64,000 nt of DNA from Waddliaceae bacterium (lineage in GTDB: Bacteria > Chlamydiota > Chlamydiia > Chlamydiales > SLFE01). The notes beneath the pieces are model-generated. The model was not told where the DNA came from and did no database searches. It saw nothing but the letters and a program-made list of their open reading frames with translations. Positions 1-8,926 of the stretch are shown in pieces. Position 1 is the stretch's first letter. Each line of letters starts with the position of its first letter. The position numbers were made by a program, and so were the translations under genes. The DNA lies in assembly GCA_963783885.1 (NCBI GenBank), contig CAWAPJ010000006.1, positions 1 to 64,000 of the forward strand. Direction: 5' to 3'.

Positions 1-2
1 GT

Positions 3-716
3 CATGTGCCTTGCCGCCGCCGCGAGTACGTATTGCTATCCCAGGGGATAGCTCACCAGAAAATCCTGATCATTGACGAGGATATGGTGTTCGTCGGGTC
101 GGCCAATATGACGACGGCATCGCTCCGTTATTGGGGAAATTTGGTCACAGGATTTTGGGACAGGGAGCTGGCCGCGTGGCTCAAAGCCCGCATTCATCAA
201 ATGAAAGCATTCAATAGGATTGATGGAATCAACCATTTTTTCGACGTCGGGGGGCAAAATCTCGATTTTTGGTTTTTGCCGAATCCGGAAGAGGGGCCGG
301 AAAAAATCAAGCAGCTTATCCGATCGGCCAAAAAAACAATTCGAATCGCTATGTTCACATGGACGCGTGAGGACTTCGTCCAAGAGGTAGTGGACGCTTA
401 TCTTCGAGGCGTCGATATCGAAGTGATTATCGACAAGCAGTCCGGCCATGGAGCCGGTAAGAATGTCATCCGAAAACTGACCCGGGGAGGCGTTCCCCTC
501 TATTTTAATCGGGGGGATGAACTCTTGCACTTTAAGATGATGATCATCGATGATCAAATCTTGGTCAATGGATCGGCCAATTGGACAAAATCGGCATTCT
601 TAAGAAACGACGACTGTTTTTTCGTACTGTGGAATTTGACCGATAAGCAAAAAAATATCTTGAGAAATCTTTGGAAAGTCATCATTTCCGAGTCATACAG
701 GGAGGTTAAAGTATGA
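3..716 (+). CDS. Phospholipase D superfamily protein (5' end probably outside window)
   Basis: Two HKD motifs: HQKILIID..GSAN and HFKMMIID..GSAN; frame is open to the window edge. Confidence 0.85.
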   Translation, partial: HVPCRRREYVLLSQGIAHQKILIIDEDMVFVGSANMTTASLRYWGNLVTGFWDRELAAWLKARIHQMKAFNRIDGINHFFDVGGQNLDFWFLPNPEEGPEKIKQLIRSAKKTIRIAMFTWTREDFVQEVVDAYLRGVDIEVIIDKQSGHGAGKNVIRKLTRGGVPLYFNRGDELLHFKMMIIDDQILVNGSANWTKSAFLRNDDCFFVLWNLTDKQKNILRNLWKVIISESYREVKV

Positions 717-1420
717 AGATCGCCATAGTCGGCTTTGGAAAAATGGGCCGCATGATTGAAAAGAGCGCTCTTCAGCGGGGACATGAAATCGTTTCGATCA
801 TTAATAGCGATGAAAAAGCGGAATTGAATGGAGCCGAGGTGTGCATCGATTTTTCCCGTCCCGAAGCGGTTCTCGGCAATGTAAAAAAAGCAGTAGAGGC
901 CGGATCGAATCTTGTGATTGGGACAACAGGATGGGAAAACGACAGACCTAAAATAGAGGCCGTTATCAATGAGGCTCAGATAGGCTGCGTCTATTCTCCC
1001 AACTTTTCTCTTGGCGTGCAGCTTTTTCTCCAAATTGCCCGGCATGCGGCATCCTTAATCGATCGTTGCGATCAATATGACGTGTCAGGGTTTGAAATGC
1101 ACCACCGGGGGAAAGCTGACAGTCCATCCGGAACGGCAAAAGCGATAGCGGAGTGTCTTCTTAATGAATTGAAAAGGAAGGATCGGGCTGTCTATCATCT
1201 TGGAGATAGAGAAGTGAAAGACAATGAGCTGCATTTTTCAAGCTTAAGGTGCGGACAGATACCCGGAACCCATTCTGTGATCTTCGATTCCCTCGCCGAT
1301 TCGATCACCCTCACTCATGAAGCGAAGAACCGCTCGGGTTTTGCTCTCGGCGCCGTTGCCGCCGCCGAGATGATTGTGAATAAAAAAGGTTTTTTCACCT
1401 TTGAAGAACTGCTTAACTAG
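713..1420 (+). CDS. dapB: 4-hydroxy-tetrahydrodipicolinate reductase
   Basis: GFGKMG Rossmann motif, IDFS, VIGTTGW, EMHHRGKADSPSGTA. Confidence 0.95.
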   Translation: MKIAIVGFGKMGRMIEKSALQRGHEIVSIINSDEKAELNGAEVCIDFSRPEAVLGNVKKAVEAGSNLVIGTTGWENDRPKIEAVINEAQIGCVYSPNFSLGVQLFLQIARHAASLIDRCDQYDVSGFEMHHRGKADSPSGTAKAIAECLLNELKRKDRAVYHLGDREVKDNELHFSSLRCGQIPGTHSVIFDSLADSITLTHEAKNRSGFALGAVAAAEMIVNKKGFFTFEELLN

Positions 1421-2121
1421 AAACCGACGCCCAGGCTCATGGAAAATGTCGGCAGCCAATGATTAACTTGCGACAGTCCATAAATATCGTCTGCGATCTT
1501 TTCGTAAAAGAATGCCGGTTGGCTGGCTTGGATCTGCAAAAATGATTTCATCGAATCGGAAATATGGAACTGGTACCCCGCGAGCAGCAAACCGCTGATG
1601 CTTCCGAAATAATCGTGAATGTTTACTTCCTTAATTTCGATGCTGTGACGGTCAGCTCCCCCTCCTGCTCCTAAGTAGAATGTGCTGCGGGATACCGGAC
1701 TTGCATAATAAAGATACGTCAACTGGCCTGCAAAATAATTTTGCATTCCTTTAAGTGTTGTTCGGTTATTTAGACTGTTTTCAGTGTCATCGATTTTCAT
1801 GGCAGTGAATTCTTTGGGCATTTGTCCGCTGACGGCAAAATCAAAACCGTGGTTATAGTTCCTATAACGAAAGCCGAAGCCCATTTTAGGGGTGATTTCA
1901 TTGTCGGCGATGTTTTTTTCGATCCAAGTAGAATAAGCATCGAATTTTGCGTAAATCATCGATCCATTGCCTAAATTATTTTGGCTGAATCCTAATCTTT
2001 GATGTAGGTCGGGACGGGATCCGCCGACTCCATAGGGGTGGCCTTCCGGATCGGCTGCCTGTAAGGATCCTATTAGTGTAAAAGCTGTCATTAAAAAATA
2101 TGTTGCGTATTTCATAATCAA
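1417..2121 (-). CDS. Hypothetical exported protein, probable outer-membrane beta-barrel
   Basis: Signal peptide, aromatic/Gly alternating strands, C-terminal MSLGVGF. Confidence 0.55.
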   Translation of the reverse strand: MIMKYATYFLMTAFTLIGSLQAADPEGHPYGVGGSRPDLHQRLGFSQNNLGNGSMIYAKFDAYSTWIEKNIADNEITPKMGFGFRYRNYNHGFDFAVSGQMPKEFTAMKIDDTENSLNNRTTLKGMQNYFAGQLTYLYYASPVSRSTFYLGAGGGADRHSIEIKEVNIHDYFGSISGLLLAGYQFHISDSMKSFLQIQASQPAFFYEKIADDIYGLSQVNHWLPTFSMSLGVGF

Positions 2122-2191
2122 TTCTCCAAAATTATCATTTCTAAATGTTAAACCAGATTAGCATTACATTCGGATTAAATCAATCCTTTTT

Positions 2192-2346
2192 AAGTAAGTG
2201 TTCGGAAATCTACGCCCCAGGATAACTCGCGGGGGATTTGGTCTGCAACGTTGCCCTGCTTCGGCAACCCTTTGAAGGGGTTAACTGTATCGGGCGCCTT
2301 GCAGACCTTTGCCCGCGCTTCGTTCTCCAGGGTCGAAGGCTTACTT
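2192..2346. repeat. Long imperfect palindrome (155 nt); structured ncRNA or MITE-like element
   Basis: Nested arms AAGTAAG/CTTACTT, CGCGGG/CCCGCG and GGTCTGCAA(2240-2248)/TTGCAGACC(2299-2307). Confidence 0.6.
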
Positions 2347-2892
2347 TTGCAATAAAAATAGACTCGGGGATTGTTTTCTGTTCGGAAAACGATGAAAGCA
2401 CACATTCCAAATTTCCGGCGGCAGCTGCTCCGACCATAGACGGATTTCTTTTTCTTCAATGGCCCCTTCGGCGTGTCCCGGATAGCAGGTGATGCTGACA
2501 GCTCCTCCCGGCTTGATCAATGGCAAGGCGCTTTCCAAGCTGGAAATTGTGGTGCGAACTTTTGTTGTCAGGGTTTTGTCGCCTCGCGGAAGGTAGCCGA
2601 GATTGTAAACAATCAGTTTGACTTCTTTCGCCTCAGGAGGAAAGGTCGAGTGGCACTGCTTGAAATAAGAGATATTTTCAGCGCCGCTTAGCAAAGCTTT
2701 TGTCGTTTCTATGGCTTCTTGTTGAATGTCTATGCACATGATGTGCTTGGGTCTGAGTTTTGAAAGAAATAAAGTATCTTGCCCATTGCCGCACGTGGCG
2801 TCGATAACCAGGTCTTCGGGTGTTGCCAGCCGGGCCCAATAGGCATGAGCCAGATCTATATGTGATTGAAATAGAGGAAATTGCCGTTTCAT
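2341..2892 (-). CDS. SAM-dependent methyltransferase, YtqB/MnmM-like
   Basis: IDATCGNGQDTLFL, YNLGYLPRGDK, CYPGH..G..E motifs. Confidence 0.85.
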   Translation of the reverse strand: MKRQFPLFQSHIDLAHAYWARLATPEDLVIDATCGNGQDTLFLSKLRPKHIMCIDIQQEAIETTKALLSGAENISYFKQCHSTFPPEAKEVKLIVYNLGYLPRGDKTLTTKVRTTISSLESALPLIKPGGAVSITCYPGHAEGAIEEKEIRLWSEQLPPEIWNVCFHRFPNRKQSPSLFLLQK

Positions 2893-2969
2893 ACGTGCGA
2901 GTATACACGATTGTTCTTTAGCTTTTAAGGGGCTTCAGATAAAATATTGAAAAAATTAGGGGACTTCTT

Positions 2970-3704
2970 ATGCGCACGCTGCTTTCCGCTCTATTGCTTT
3001 TTGGGGGAGCTCTCCTTCAAGCCGAATCTCCTTTTTGCTGCAAAGGGCGCATAGATGCCGGACCGGCGTTTTTTCGCGTTATGGTTCAAGAAGACGGAAA
3101 GACCACCCAGACAATCGATCTTTATGGCGGACGCGCCGACGCCACGCTTCTTTTTTTCAATAAATTAGGGCTTTGCTTAAAGCCTTTTGCCGCGGGAGCG
3201 AAAGGCGACGGAACATTTGCGGCTTACGGGATCGGGCTTGGGCATTACACGCCTTTGCAAGACGGGCTCTATGTCATCCCAGTGATCGGTCTTTCCTGGA
3301 CAGACCTTTGCACAAATGTCGATCTGGATGTGCCGACGGGATTTTCTCCTCCTTTTCCCACATCCATTACCTTGAAGGGCATTGATGAAGAATTCGATTC
3401 AGAGAGCCGGTATGTCGGCGTCGAGGTTCTTTATCAGGTCAAATCCAGCATCTGGTTGACTTTTGCCTATCAATATGCTTGGGCCGACAGCGAAACGACC
3501 CTGAAACATCCCGGACTTCCTAATGGCGAGCTCGTTTCCAAAGGGTCGACGGAAGGATCGAATTTTGCAGGGGCCATTGATTACTACTTTTCCGACAACT
3601 GGTCTATAGGATTAGCCGGCGGATTCAATTCCAGCCTGGATGAAGAGCGGTTCGGCATCGAAGGGTGGGGCCTCAAACTGGGAATCGGCTACTGCCTTAA
3701 ATGA
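2970..3704 (+). CDS. Hypothetical exported protein, probable outer-membrane beta-barrel
   Basis: Signal peptide, amphipathic strands, C-terminal GWGLKLGIGY. Confidence 0.55.
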   Translation: MRTLLSALLLFGGALLQAESPFCCKGRIDAGPAFFRVMVQEDGKTTQTIDLYGGRADATLLFFNKLGLCLKPFAAGAKGDGTFAAYGIGLGHYTPLQDGLYVIPVIGLSWTDLCTNVDLDVPTGFSPPFPTSITLKGIDEEFDSESRYVGVEVLYQVKSSIWLTFAYQYAWADSETTLKHPGLPNGELVSKGSTEGSNFAGAIDYYFSDNWSIGLAGGFNSSLDEERFGIEGWGLKLGIGYCLK

Positions 3705-4744
3705 AGAGAGGCGGAAGGCCTTGTGAACAGATCGGATGGCAGGGGGTCGACGCTTGTAATGAAAACCTGCCCGAGGGTGTTGATGTACTCTAAAAATTGG
3801 CGGCGGCGGCTGCTATCCAGGCTGAGGCCGAAGTCGTCGATCAGCAAAAGAGGGGCTTTCCCCGAGCGCTCTTTGAGCATCTGCCAGGAAGCGAGCCGGA
3901 GGGCTTGGACACATGTTTTCTTTTGTCCCTCGCTTGCAAAATGCCTGGCTTCATGGCCGTCGATCAGGATGTCAAGATCATCTCTATGGGGTCCAGCGAG
4001 AGTCGAACCCATTTTTATCTCTTTCGGCCGGTTTGTTTCGAACCGTTTAAGAAAAAAATCCGTAAAGTTGTCGATTTCGGCATAGCCGCGATAGGAGAGC
4101 GACAAGTTTCTTTTGCAGGTGCTCAGCTTCGAGTGGAGAGGAGCTGATTTGCCGGTCATATCTTCGATAAATCTCAGCCGTTTGCTGACCAAATAATCGG
4201 CGGCTTTGGCCATTTCCTGTTCCCAAAGACCTATTGTTTGCAGCTGCTCTGTTCGGAGAAGGAAATTTCTTTGCCGCATCGCTTTGAAATAGCGCGCAAG
4301 GTGATGAAGATAGAGCGCGTCAAATTGAGCGATTTGCATATCGATGAATTTTCGTCTCGACTGAGGGGGGCCTTTGATGAGATCGTCATCGGGAGTAATG
4401 GCGACGACAGGGATCAGGCCAATCAGAGAGGAGAGAGAAGAATAGTAGGAGCTGTTGTGCAGGATTCGTCTTTCGCTGCCATCGAAAGCCAGTGAAATTT
4501 TTTGCTCGACATCCTCGGAGAGAAATGAGGTTTCAATAAAAAATCCTTCTTTTTCCTTTTTGATCAGATCACCAAGTCTCAGAGCGCGAAAGGAGCGTCC
4601 GATGGCGAGAAGGTAAATCGCTTCCAGGATCGTGGTTTTCCCTTGAGCGTTTGGTCCCAGAATGAGATTGATATCGGAGCAAAAATCAAAAAGCACGGCT
4701 TCATAATTGCGAAAATTGCAGAGCTGAAGACGTTTGATTATCAT
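3689..4744 (-). CDS. recF: DNA replication and repair protein RecF
   Basis: NFRNY, GPNAQGKTTILEAI, GPHRDD, SEGQKK, LLLIDD. Confidence 0.97.
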   Translation of the reverse strand: MIIKRLQLCNFRNYEAVLFDFCSDINLILGPNAQGKTTILEAIYLLAIGRSFRALRLGDLIKKEKEGFFIETSFLSEDVEQKISLAFDGSERRILHNSSYYSSLSSLIGLIPVVAITPDDDLIKGPPQSRRKFIDMQIAQFDALYLHHLARYFKAMRQRNFLLRTEQLQTIGLWEQEMAKAADYLVSKRLRFIEDMTGKSAPLHSKLSTCKRNLSLSYRGYAEIDNFTDFFLKRFETNRPKEIKMGSTLAGPHRDDLDILIDGHEARHFASEGQKKTCVQALRLASWQMLKERSGKAPLLLIDDFGLSLDSSRRRQFLEYINTLGQVFITSVDPLPSDLFTRPSASLHLRQ

Positions 4745-5880
4745 ACGGGTTGATCAAGGCGCATAGGCATGATCAGGCAAAGCGAGCGTTCCATGGCCTT
4801 TTTGCTTTGACTATCCTCATCGGTTTCCTCTTCTCTGATAACGACAGGGTTGAAGGCGTCGATGATTCCCATATCGAGAGTTTCCTCTTTCGTATGGCGC
4901 AAAATATCCAGAAAGAAGCCCGGATTGAAAGCAATGTCGAGCTTGTCGCCATTGTAATTGACCGGCATGCTGACATTTCCTTCGCCCACTTCCATAGCAT
5001 TGGCCGAAAGTTTCAGCTCCCCGTTTGAAAAAGTGAACCTCACCGACTGGTTGACGTCCGAGGTGAAGAGGGAGACCTGCCGCAGCAGGGTCATGAGCTC
5101 TTCTCTGTGAAGCGAAAGGTGGGACTCCATCGATTCAGGGATAATTCGGTTGATGTCGGGATAATCGCCGCTTAAAAGTTTCGTGATTAGGATCGATTGG
5201 TTGGCCTCGACGGCGATCTTGTCCTCCATGAGGTAGACTGCGGCATCGCCCTCTTCGCGTAGGTTTTTTACGATTTCATCCACTGCCTTAAGAGGAACGA
5301 TGTACTGGCCTTTCCAGGAAGGATCGAGCGGGATTTTCAGCTGATTGCGCGCGAGGCGCTTGCCGTCGGTGCCCACAAACATGGCCTCGCCGTTTTGAAT
5401 GTGGAGAAATACCCCTGTCAGTACATAGCGGTTGTCTTCCCGGGAAACGGCGAACGAGGTGCGGAACAGCATGTCTTTCAAATCTCTTTGCGGAAGTGTG
5501 AATTGTGTTGTTTCGGAAAGTTCAGGTAGAGAAGGAAAGTCGCTTTTGTTCATTCCGTGGAGCTTAAAACGCGAAGATCCCGCGATCACTTCAGTGATGT
5601 CTTGTTCGTTAGTATGCACTTCGATGTGAGGGGTTGTCAGTTCGCGGATAAGCTGGGCAAAGCGCCTCGCCGGCAGGGTCGTCGACCCTTCTTCTAAGAT
5701 TTTTGCTTCGGTGTAGCAGCGTATGCCTACTGTCAGGTCGGTTGCGGTCAGCACGAGTTCGTCATTGGCGGCTTCAATCAAAAAATTGGAAAGAATCGGT
5801 ATTGTCGGCTTTTGAGCGACAACATTTTGAATCTTGCTTAGAAGCTTGTTGATTTCGGCAAGGGATATGATAAACTTCAT
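4741..5880 (-). CDS. dnaN: DNA polymerase III beta sliding clamp
   Basis: PILSNFLIEA, ATDL, TDGKRL, GDYPD, IMPMRL. Confidence 0.97.
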   Translation of the reverse strand: MKFIISLAEINKLLSKIQNVVAQKPTIPILSNFLIEAANDELVLTATDLTVGIRCYTEAKILEEGSTTLPARRFAQLIRELTTPHIEVHTNEQDITEVIAGSSRFKLHGMNKSDFPSLPELSETTQFTLPQRDLKDMLFRTSFAVSREDNRYVLTGVFLHIQNGEAMFVGTDGKRLARNQLKIPLDPSWKGQYIVPLKAVDEIVKNLREEGDAAVYLMEDKIAVEANQSILITKLLSGDYPDINRIIPESMESHLSLHREELMTLLRQVSLFTSDVNQSVRFTFSNGELKLSANAMEVGEGNVSMPVNYNGDKLDIAFNPGFFLDILRHTKEETLDMGIIDAFNPVVIREEETDEDSQSKKAMERSLCLIMPMRLDQPV

Positions 5881-5909
5881 GGATTTACCTCTGGTTCTTC
5901 AAGCCAATG

Positions 5910-5961
5910 AAGATACTTTAGGTTTGTGTGCTTTGTCAAGAAAATGTTCTTAAGGTATAAT
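5910..5961. promoter_or_regulatory. Overlapping divergent sigma66/70-type promoters for dnaN and smpB
   Basis: Plus strand TTGTCA(5933)-17-TATAAT(5956); minus strand TTGACA(5939)-18-TATCTT. Confidence 0.6.
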
Positions 5962-5971
5962 GAATGCCGTC

Positions 5972-6427
5972 ATGAGTGAGAAAACCAAAGAATTAGTCTC
6001 CAACCGGCGGGCCCGCTTCGATTTCGAGATTCTCGAAACATTCGAGGCCGGGATAGCTCTGGTCGGAACCGAGATCAAATCCCTCCGGGAAAATGGGGGG
6101 AGCCTGCAGGAGGCTTATGTCAAAGTCGAAAATAATGAGCTTTGGCTGGTAGCCTGCAGCATTGCCCCGTACAAGTTCGGCAATATTCATAATCACGAAG
6201 AAAAGCGGATTCGCAAGCTTTTGATGCACAAAAATGAGATCAAGCGGCTGAAAAAGGCGGCGCAGGAAAAGGGGCTCACTATCGTTCCTCTTTCGATTTA
6301 TTTGAAAAACGGCCGCGCAAAACTCAAAATCGCTTTGGCCAAAGGTAAAAAAGCGCATGACAAGCGGGCTGTGATCAAAGAACGGGATGAGAAGAGGCGC
6401 ATTCAGCGCATGATGAAAAATGATTAA
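5972..6427 (+). CDS. smpB: SsrA-binding protein
   Basis: NRRARFDFEILETFEAGIALVGTEIKSLR, RKLLMHK; start set at 5972 because ATG 5960 overlaps the -10 box. Confidence 0.96.
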   Translation: MSEKTKELVSNRRARFDFEILETFEAGIALVGTEIKSLRENGGSLQEAYVKVENNELWLVACSIAPYKFGNIHNHEEKRIRKLLMHKNEIKRLKKAAQEKGLTIVPLSIYLKNGRAKLKIALAKGKKAHDKRAVIKERDEKRRIQRMMKND

Positions 6428-6830
6428 AATTAAAATTTTGTCTGTTGGAAGAACTAAGGAAGAGTGGCTTGAAACCGCGATTGCCGAATTTGAAAAGCGT
6501 TTGAAAGGGCAGATTGAATTTGAGTACAAATGGCTCAAAAACAACGAAAGGCTGATAGCGGAAGCCGAAAAAGAGCCTAACCTGGTCTGTCTCGATCCAG
6601 AAGGAAGGCAGATGGACAGCCGGGGCTTTGCCGCTTTTATAGAACATCAGGGAGCTCGAATCGCCTTTGCTATAGGAGGGTCCGAGGGGCTTCCCGAAAT
6701 TTTGCGGAAAAACTTTCCCTTAGCGAGCTTGTCAAAAATGACCTTCACCCATCAACTCTGCCGCCTTGTCTTAATTGAGCAAATCTACAGAGCTCACACC
6801 CTTATCAAGGGGATCCCTTATCATAAGTGA
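6420..6830 (+). CDS. rlmH: 23S rRNA (pseudouridine1915-N3)-methyltransferase
   Basis: SPOUT motifs FAIGGSEGL, SLSKMTFTHQLCRLVLIEQIYRA, PYHK. Confidence 0.95.
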   Translation: MIKIKILSVGRTKEEWLETAIAEFEKRLKGQIEFEYKWLKNNERLIAEAEKEPNLVCLDPEGRQMDSRGFAAFIEHQGARIAFAIGGSEGLPEILRKNFPLASLSKMTFTHQLCRLVLIEQIYRAHTLIKGIPYHK

Positions 6831-7304
6831 ACGACAGGCTTTGAAATAAAGGAGAGCCCCGTTGATCATGCCGCATCCTATGCTCATATAACAGGCGGCT
6901 CGAAAATCGGCGGGCAGGCCCGATTTCCTCATAAAAAATCCGAGGGTCATCATGCAGGCAATCAAAAGATAGTAGGAAGGGCTGTAAATTCGGAGGATAT
7001 GGGACGGGTTCGGAAGCGAAAGTATGCGGTCCAAGCCCCTTCGAATGGAACGCGAGAGGACGTAGCGGCACTTGAACTTTCCGGTAAGCAGGCAGCCCGC
7101 CACCATCACAAGGGCGGTATTTTCCCGGCTTCCCAAATAGGGGGTGAGGATCTCCAGAAAAGGGTGGGACCACATTTTAAAGGGGGCCGGCAGCGGAATC
7201 GCGGAAACCAGGAGCCGGATGCCGAATTGAAGAAGGAAAATTCCCATCGCCAGCCAGACGATTCCTGAAGCGGCCGCTAATTGATAATGTTTGAGCTTGA
7301 ACAT
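6771..7304 (-). CDS. Hypothetical membrane protein
   Basis: About 4 TM segments; 3' end overlaps rlmH by 60 nt. Confidence 0.6.
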   Translation of the reverse strand: MFKLKHYQLAAASGIVWLAMGIFLLQFGIRLLVSAIPLPAPFKMWSHPFLEILTPYLGSRENTALVMVAGCLLTGKFKCRYVLSRSIRRGLDRILSLPNPSHILRIYSPSYYLLIACMMTLGFFMRKSGLPADFRAACYMSIGCGMINGALLYFKACRSLMIRDPLDKGVSSVDLLN

Positions 7305-7439
7305 GGTATAAGTTTACCTAATTTTTCTTTTATGGGGAAGGTGTCGACAAAAAATCTTTGTTAATTTAGTATTGGGATTCCAACTGGATTATAATTGGCA
7401 GTTGAGGTTGAAAATTCTAAAAAAAAGGTTAGTCAGTCC

Positions 7440-8549
7440 ATGAGCACGACGGTCATTTTTATTCGCTTATTTTTCTTATTAATCAGCTTATTATTTTCCT
7501 CCGCTTACGCTGTTTCTGCCATGCCCGGCGGGTTTTCTCCATTGAGCGTGGGCATCGGTATAGCGATTGGCCTTGTAATTTTCGGTTTTCTGCTGGGACT
7601 GGAGCGTCTTTTGAGAAATTTTGAGCTTCGCGCTTTCAACATTGCCATGATAGGATTGTTTTTTGGATATTTGATGGGGCAGGCCCTGGTTCTGATCCTT
7701 TCTGCTATTTTCACTCTGGGGCAGCTCGAACCGGCTCCGGAACTCTTCTCTTTGCTAAGAGTGATCATCTTTCTTTTCAGCGGCTATCTGGGAATGATGA
7801 TGACCTACCGGGCAGCGGAAGAGCTTCATTTGAGTATTCCGTTCGTTAAATTCCAGGCGGCGACGCAAAAGAAAAAAGACTTTATTGTCGATCAGTCAGC
7901 CCTGCTTGACACCCGCCTGATAGACCTGGCCGCATCGGGCCTCATCGACAACCATCTCGTGGTGCCTCGTTTTCTTCTGAAGGAGTTTTATGTTAACTTG
8001 GAGAGTTTAGACGATTCTCTCAAGGCCAGAGCCCGCAGGGGATTGGAAGTATTGAAAAAACTGGAGGGAATTCAATCTTTAGGGCTTCGCTATGTGGAGA
8101 CCGATTTCCCCGAAATTCAGGACTTAGATCAGAAAGTGACACGCCTTTCCCGGATGCTCAATGCCAACATTATTACAGGCGACCAAAACCGGATCAAGCA
8201 ATCCACCATAGAATCGACAGAAGGGGTACGTTTAGTCAATATCAACTCACTTGCCAACTCGCTGAAGCCTTTGTCGCAATCGGGTGAAACTTTGGAAATT
8301 AAAATCCAAAGATATGGAAAAGAACCGGGACAAGGAGTTGGCTACCTTGAAGACGGGACAATGGTTGTTGTCAATGGAGGAGCCGGCTATATCAACAAAA
8401 CAATCAAAACTCACGTGCTCTCTGTCAAACACACTTCTTCCGGCCGTATGATTTTCTGCAATGCTTTGGAAGGGGAATATGAAGAAGCGGAAGAAGAGGC
8501 AGTCAAATCCAGAAATCCGACTCGAAGTTATTTTGCCCTTGAAAGATAG
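7440..8549 (+). CDS. PIN/TRAM-domain membrane protein (YacL-like)
   Basis: 4 TM segments, PIN-like VDQSALLDTR, TRAM GKEPGQGVGYLEDGTMVVV. Confidence 0.9.
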   Translation: MSTTVIFIRLFFLLISLLFSSAYAVSAMPGGFSPLSVGIGIAIGLVIFGFLLGLERLLRNFELRAFNIAMIGLFFGYLMGQALVLILSAIFTLGQLEPAPELFSLLRVIIFLFSGYLGMMMTYRAAEELHLSIPFVKFQAATQKKKDFIVDQSALLDTRLIDLAASGLIDNHLVVPRFLLKEFYVNLESLDDSLKARARRGLEVLKKLEGIQSLGLRYVETDFPEIQDLDQKVTRLSRMLNANIITGDQNRIKQSTIESTEGVRLVNINSLANSLKPLSQSGETLEIKIQRYGKEPGQGVGYLEDGTMVVVNGGAGYINKTIKTHVLSVKHTSSGRMIFCNALEGEYEEAEEEAVKSRNPTRSYFALER

Positions 8550-8552
8550 AAG

Positions 8553-8921
8553 ATGAAAGGGCTTGGAAATGATATCATTGAGGTGAGACGCATACAAAGA
8601 TTGATTGATCTTTATGGACAGAAATTTCTCGATAAAATTTTCACATCGGAAGAACAGGGCTATTGCTTAAGCTATAAAGAGAGCGGCGCTCGTTTTGCCG
8701 GCAGGTTTGCTGCTAAAGAGGCCGTGGCAAAAGCATTGGGAACAGGATTTCGGGATGAAGTGACTTGGAAAGGCATTGCCATCCTTCCGGGAAAAGACGG
8801 CAGACCCAGCCTCCAGTTGTCAGAGGAAATTAATTCGCGCTTCGGCAATCCACAAATTCTCCTTTCAATCAGCCATTGCAAAGAATACGCGACCGCAGTG
8901 GCGGTCTGGCTGGTATCTTGA
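8553..8921 (+). CDS. acpS: Holo-[acyl-carrier-protein] synthase
   Basis: GLGNDIIE, AGRFAAKEAVAKALGTG, SISHC. Confidence 0.96.
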   Translation: MKGLGNDIIEVRRIQRLIDLYGQKFLDKIFTSEEQGYCLSYKESGARFAGRFAAKEAVAKALGTGFRDEVTWKGIAILPGKDGRPSLQLSEEINSRFGNPQILLSISHCKEYATAVAVWLVS

Positions 8922-8926
8922 TGAGT

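Noticed and set aside
2192-2346. SRP RNA or tmRNA call
   Set aside because: No SRP domain IV GGAA-loop motif and no tRNA-like ends
2190-2492. Short ORFs across the 2192-2346 palindrome
   Set aside because: They overlap the methyltransferase, have no motif, and are explained by the GC-rich hairpin
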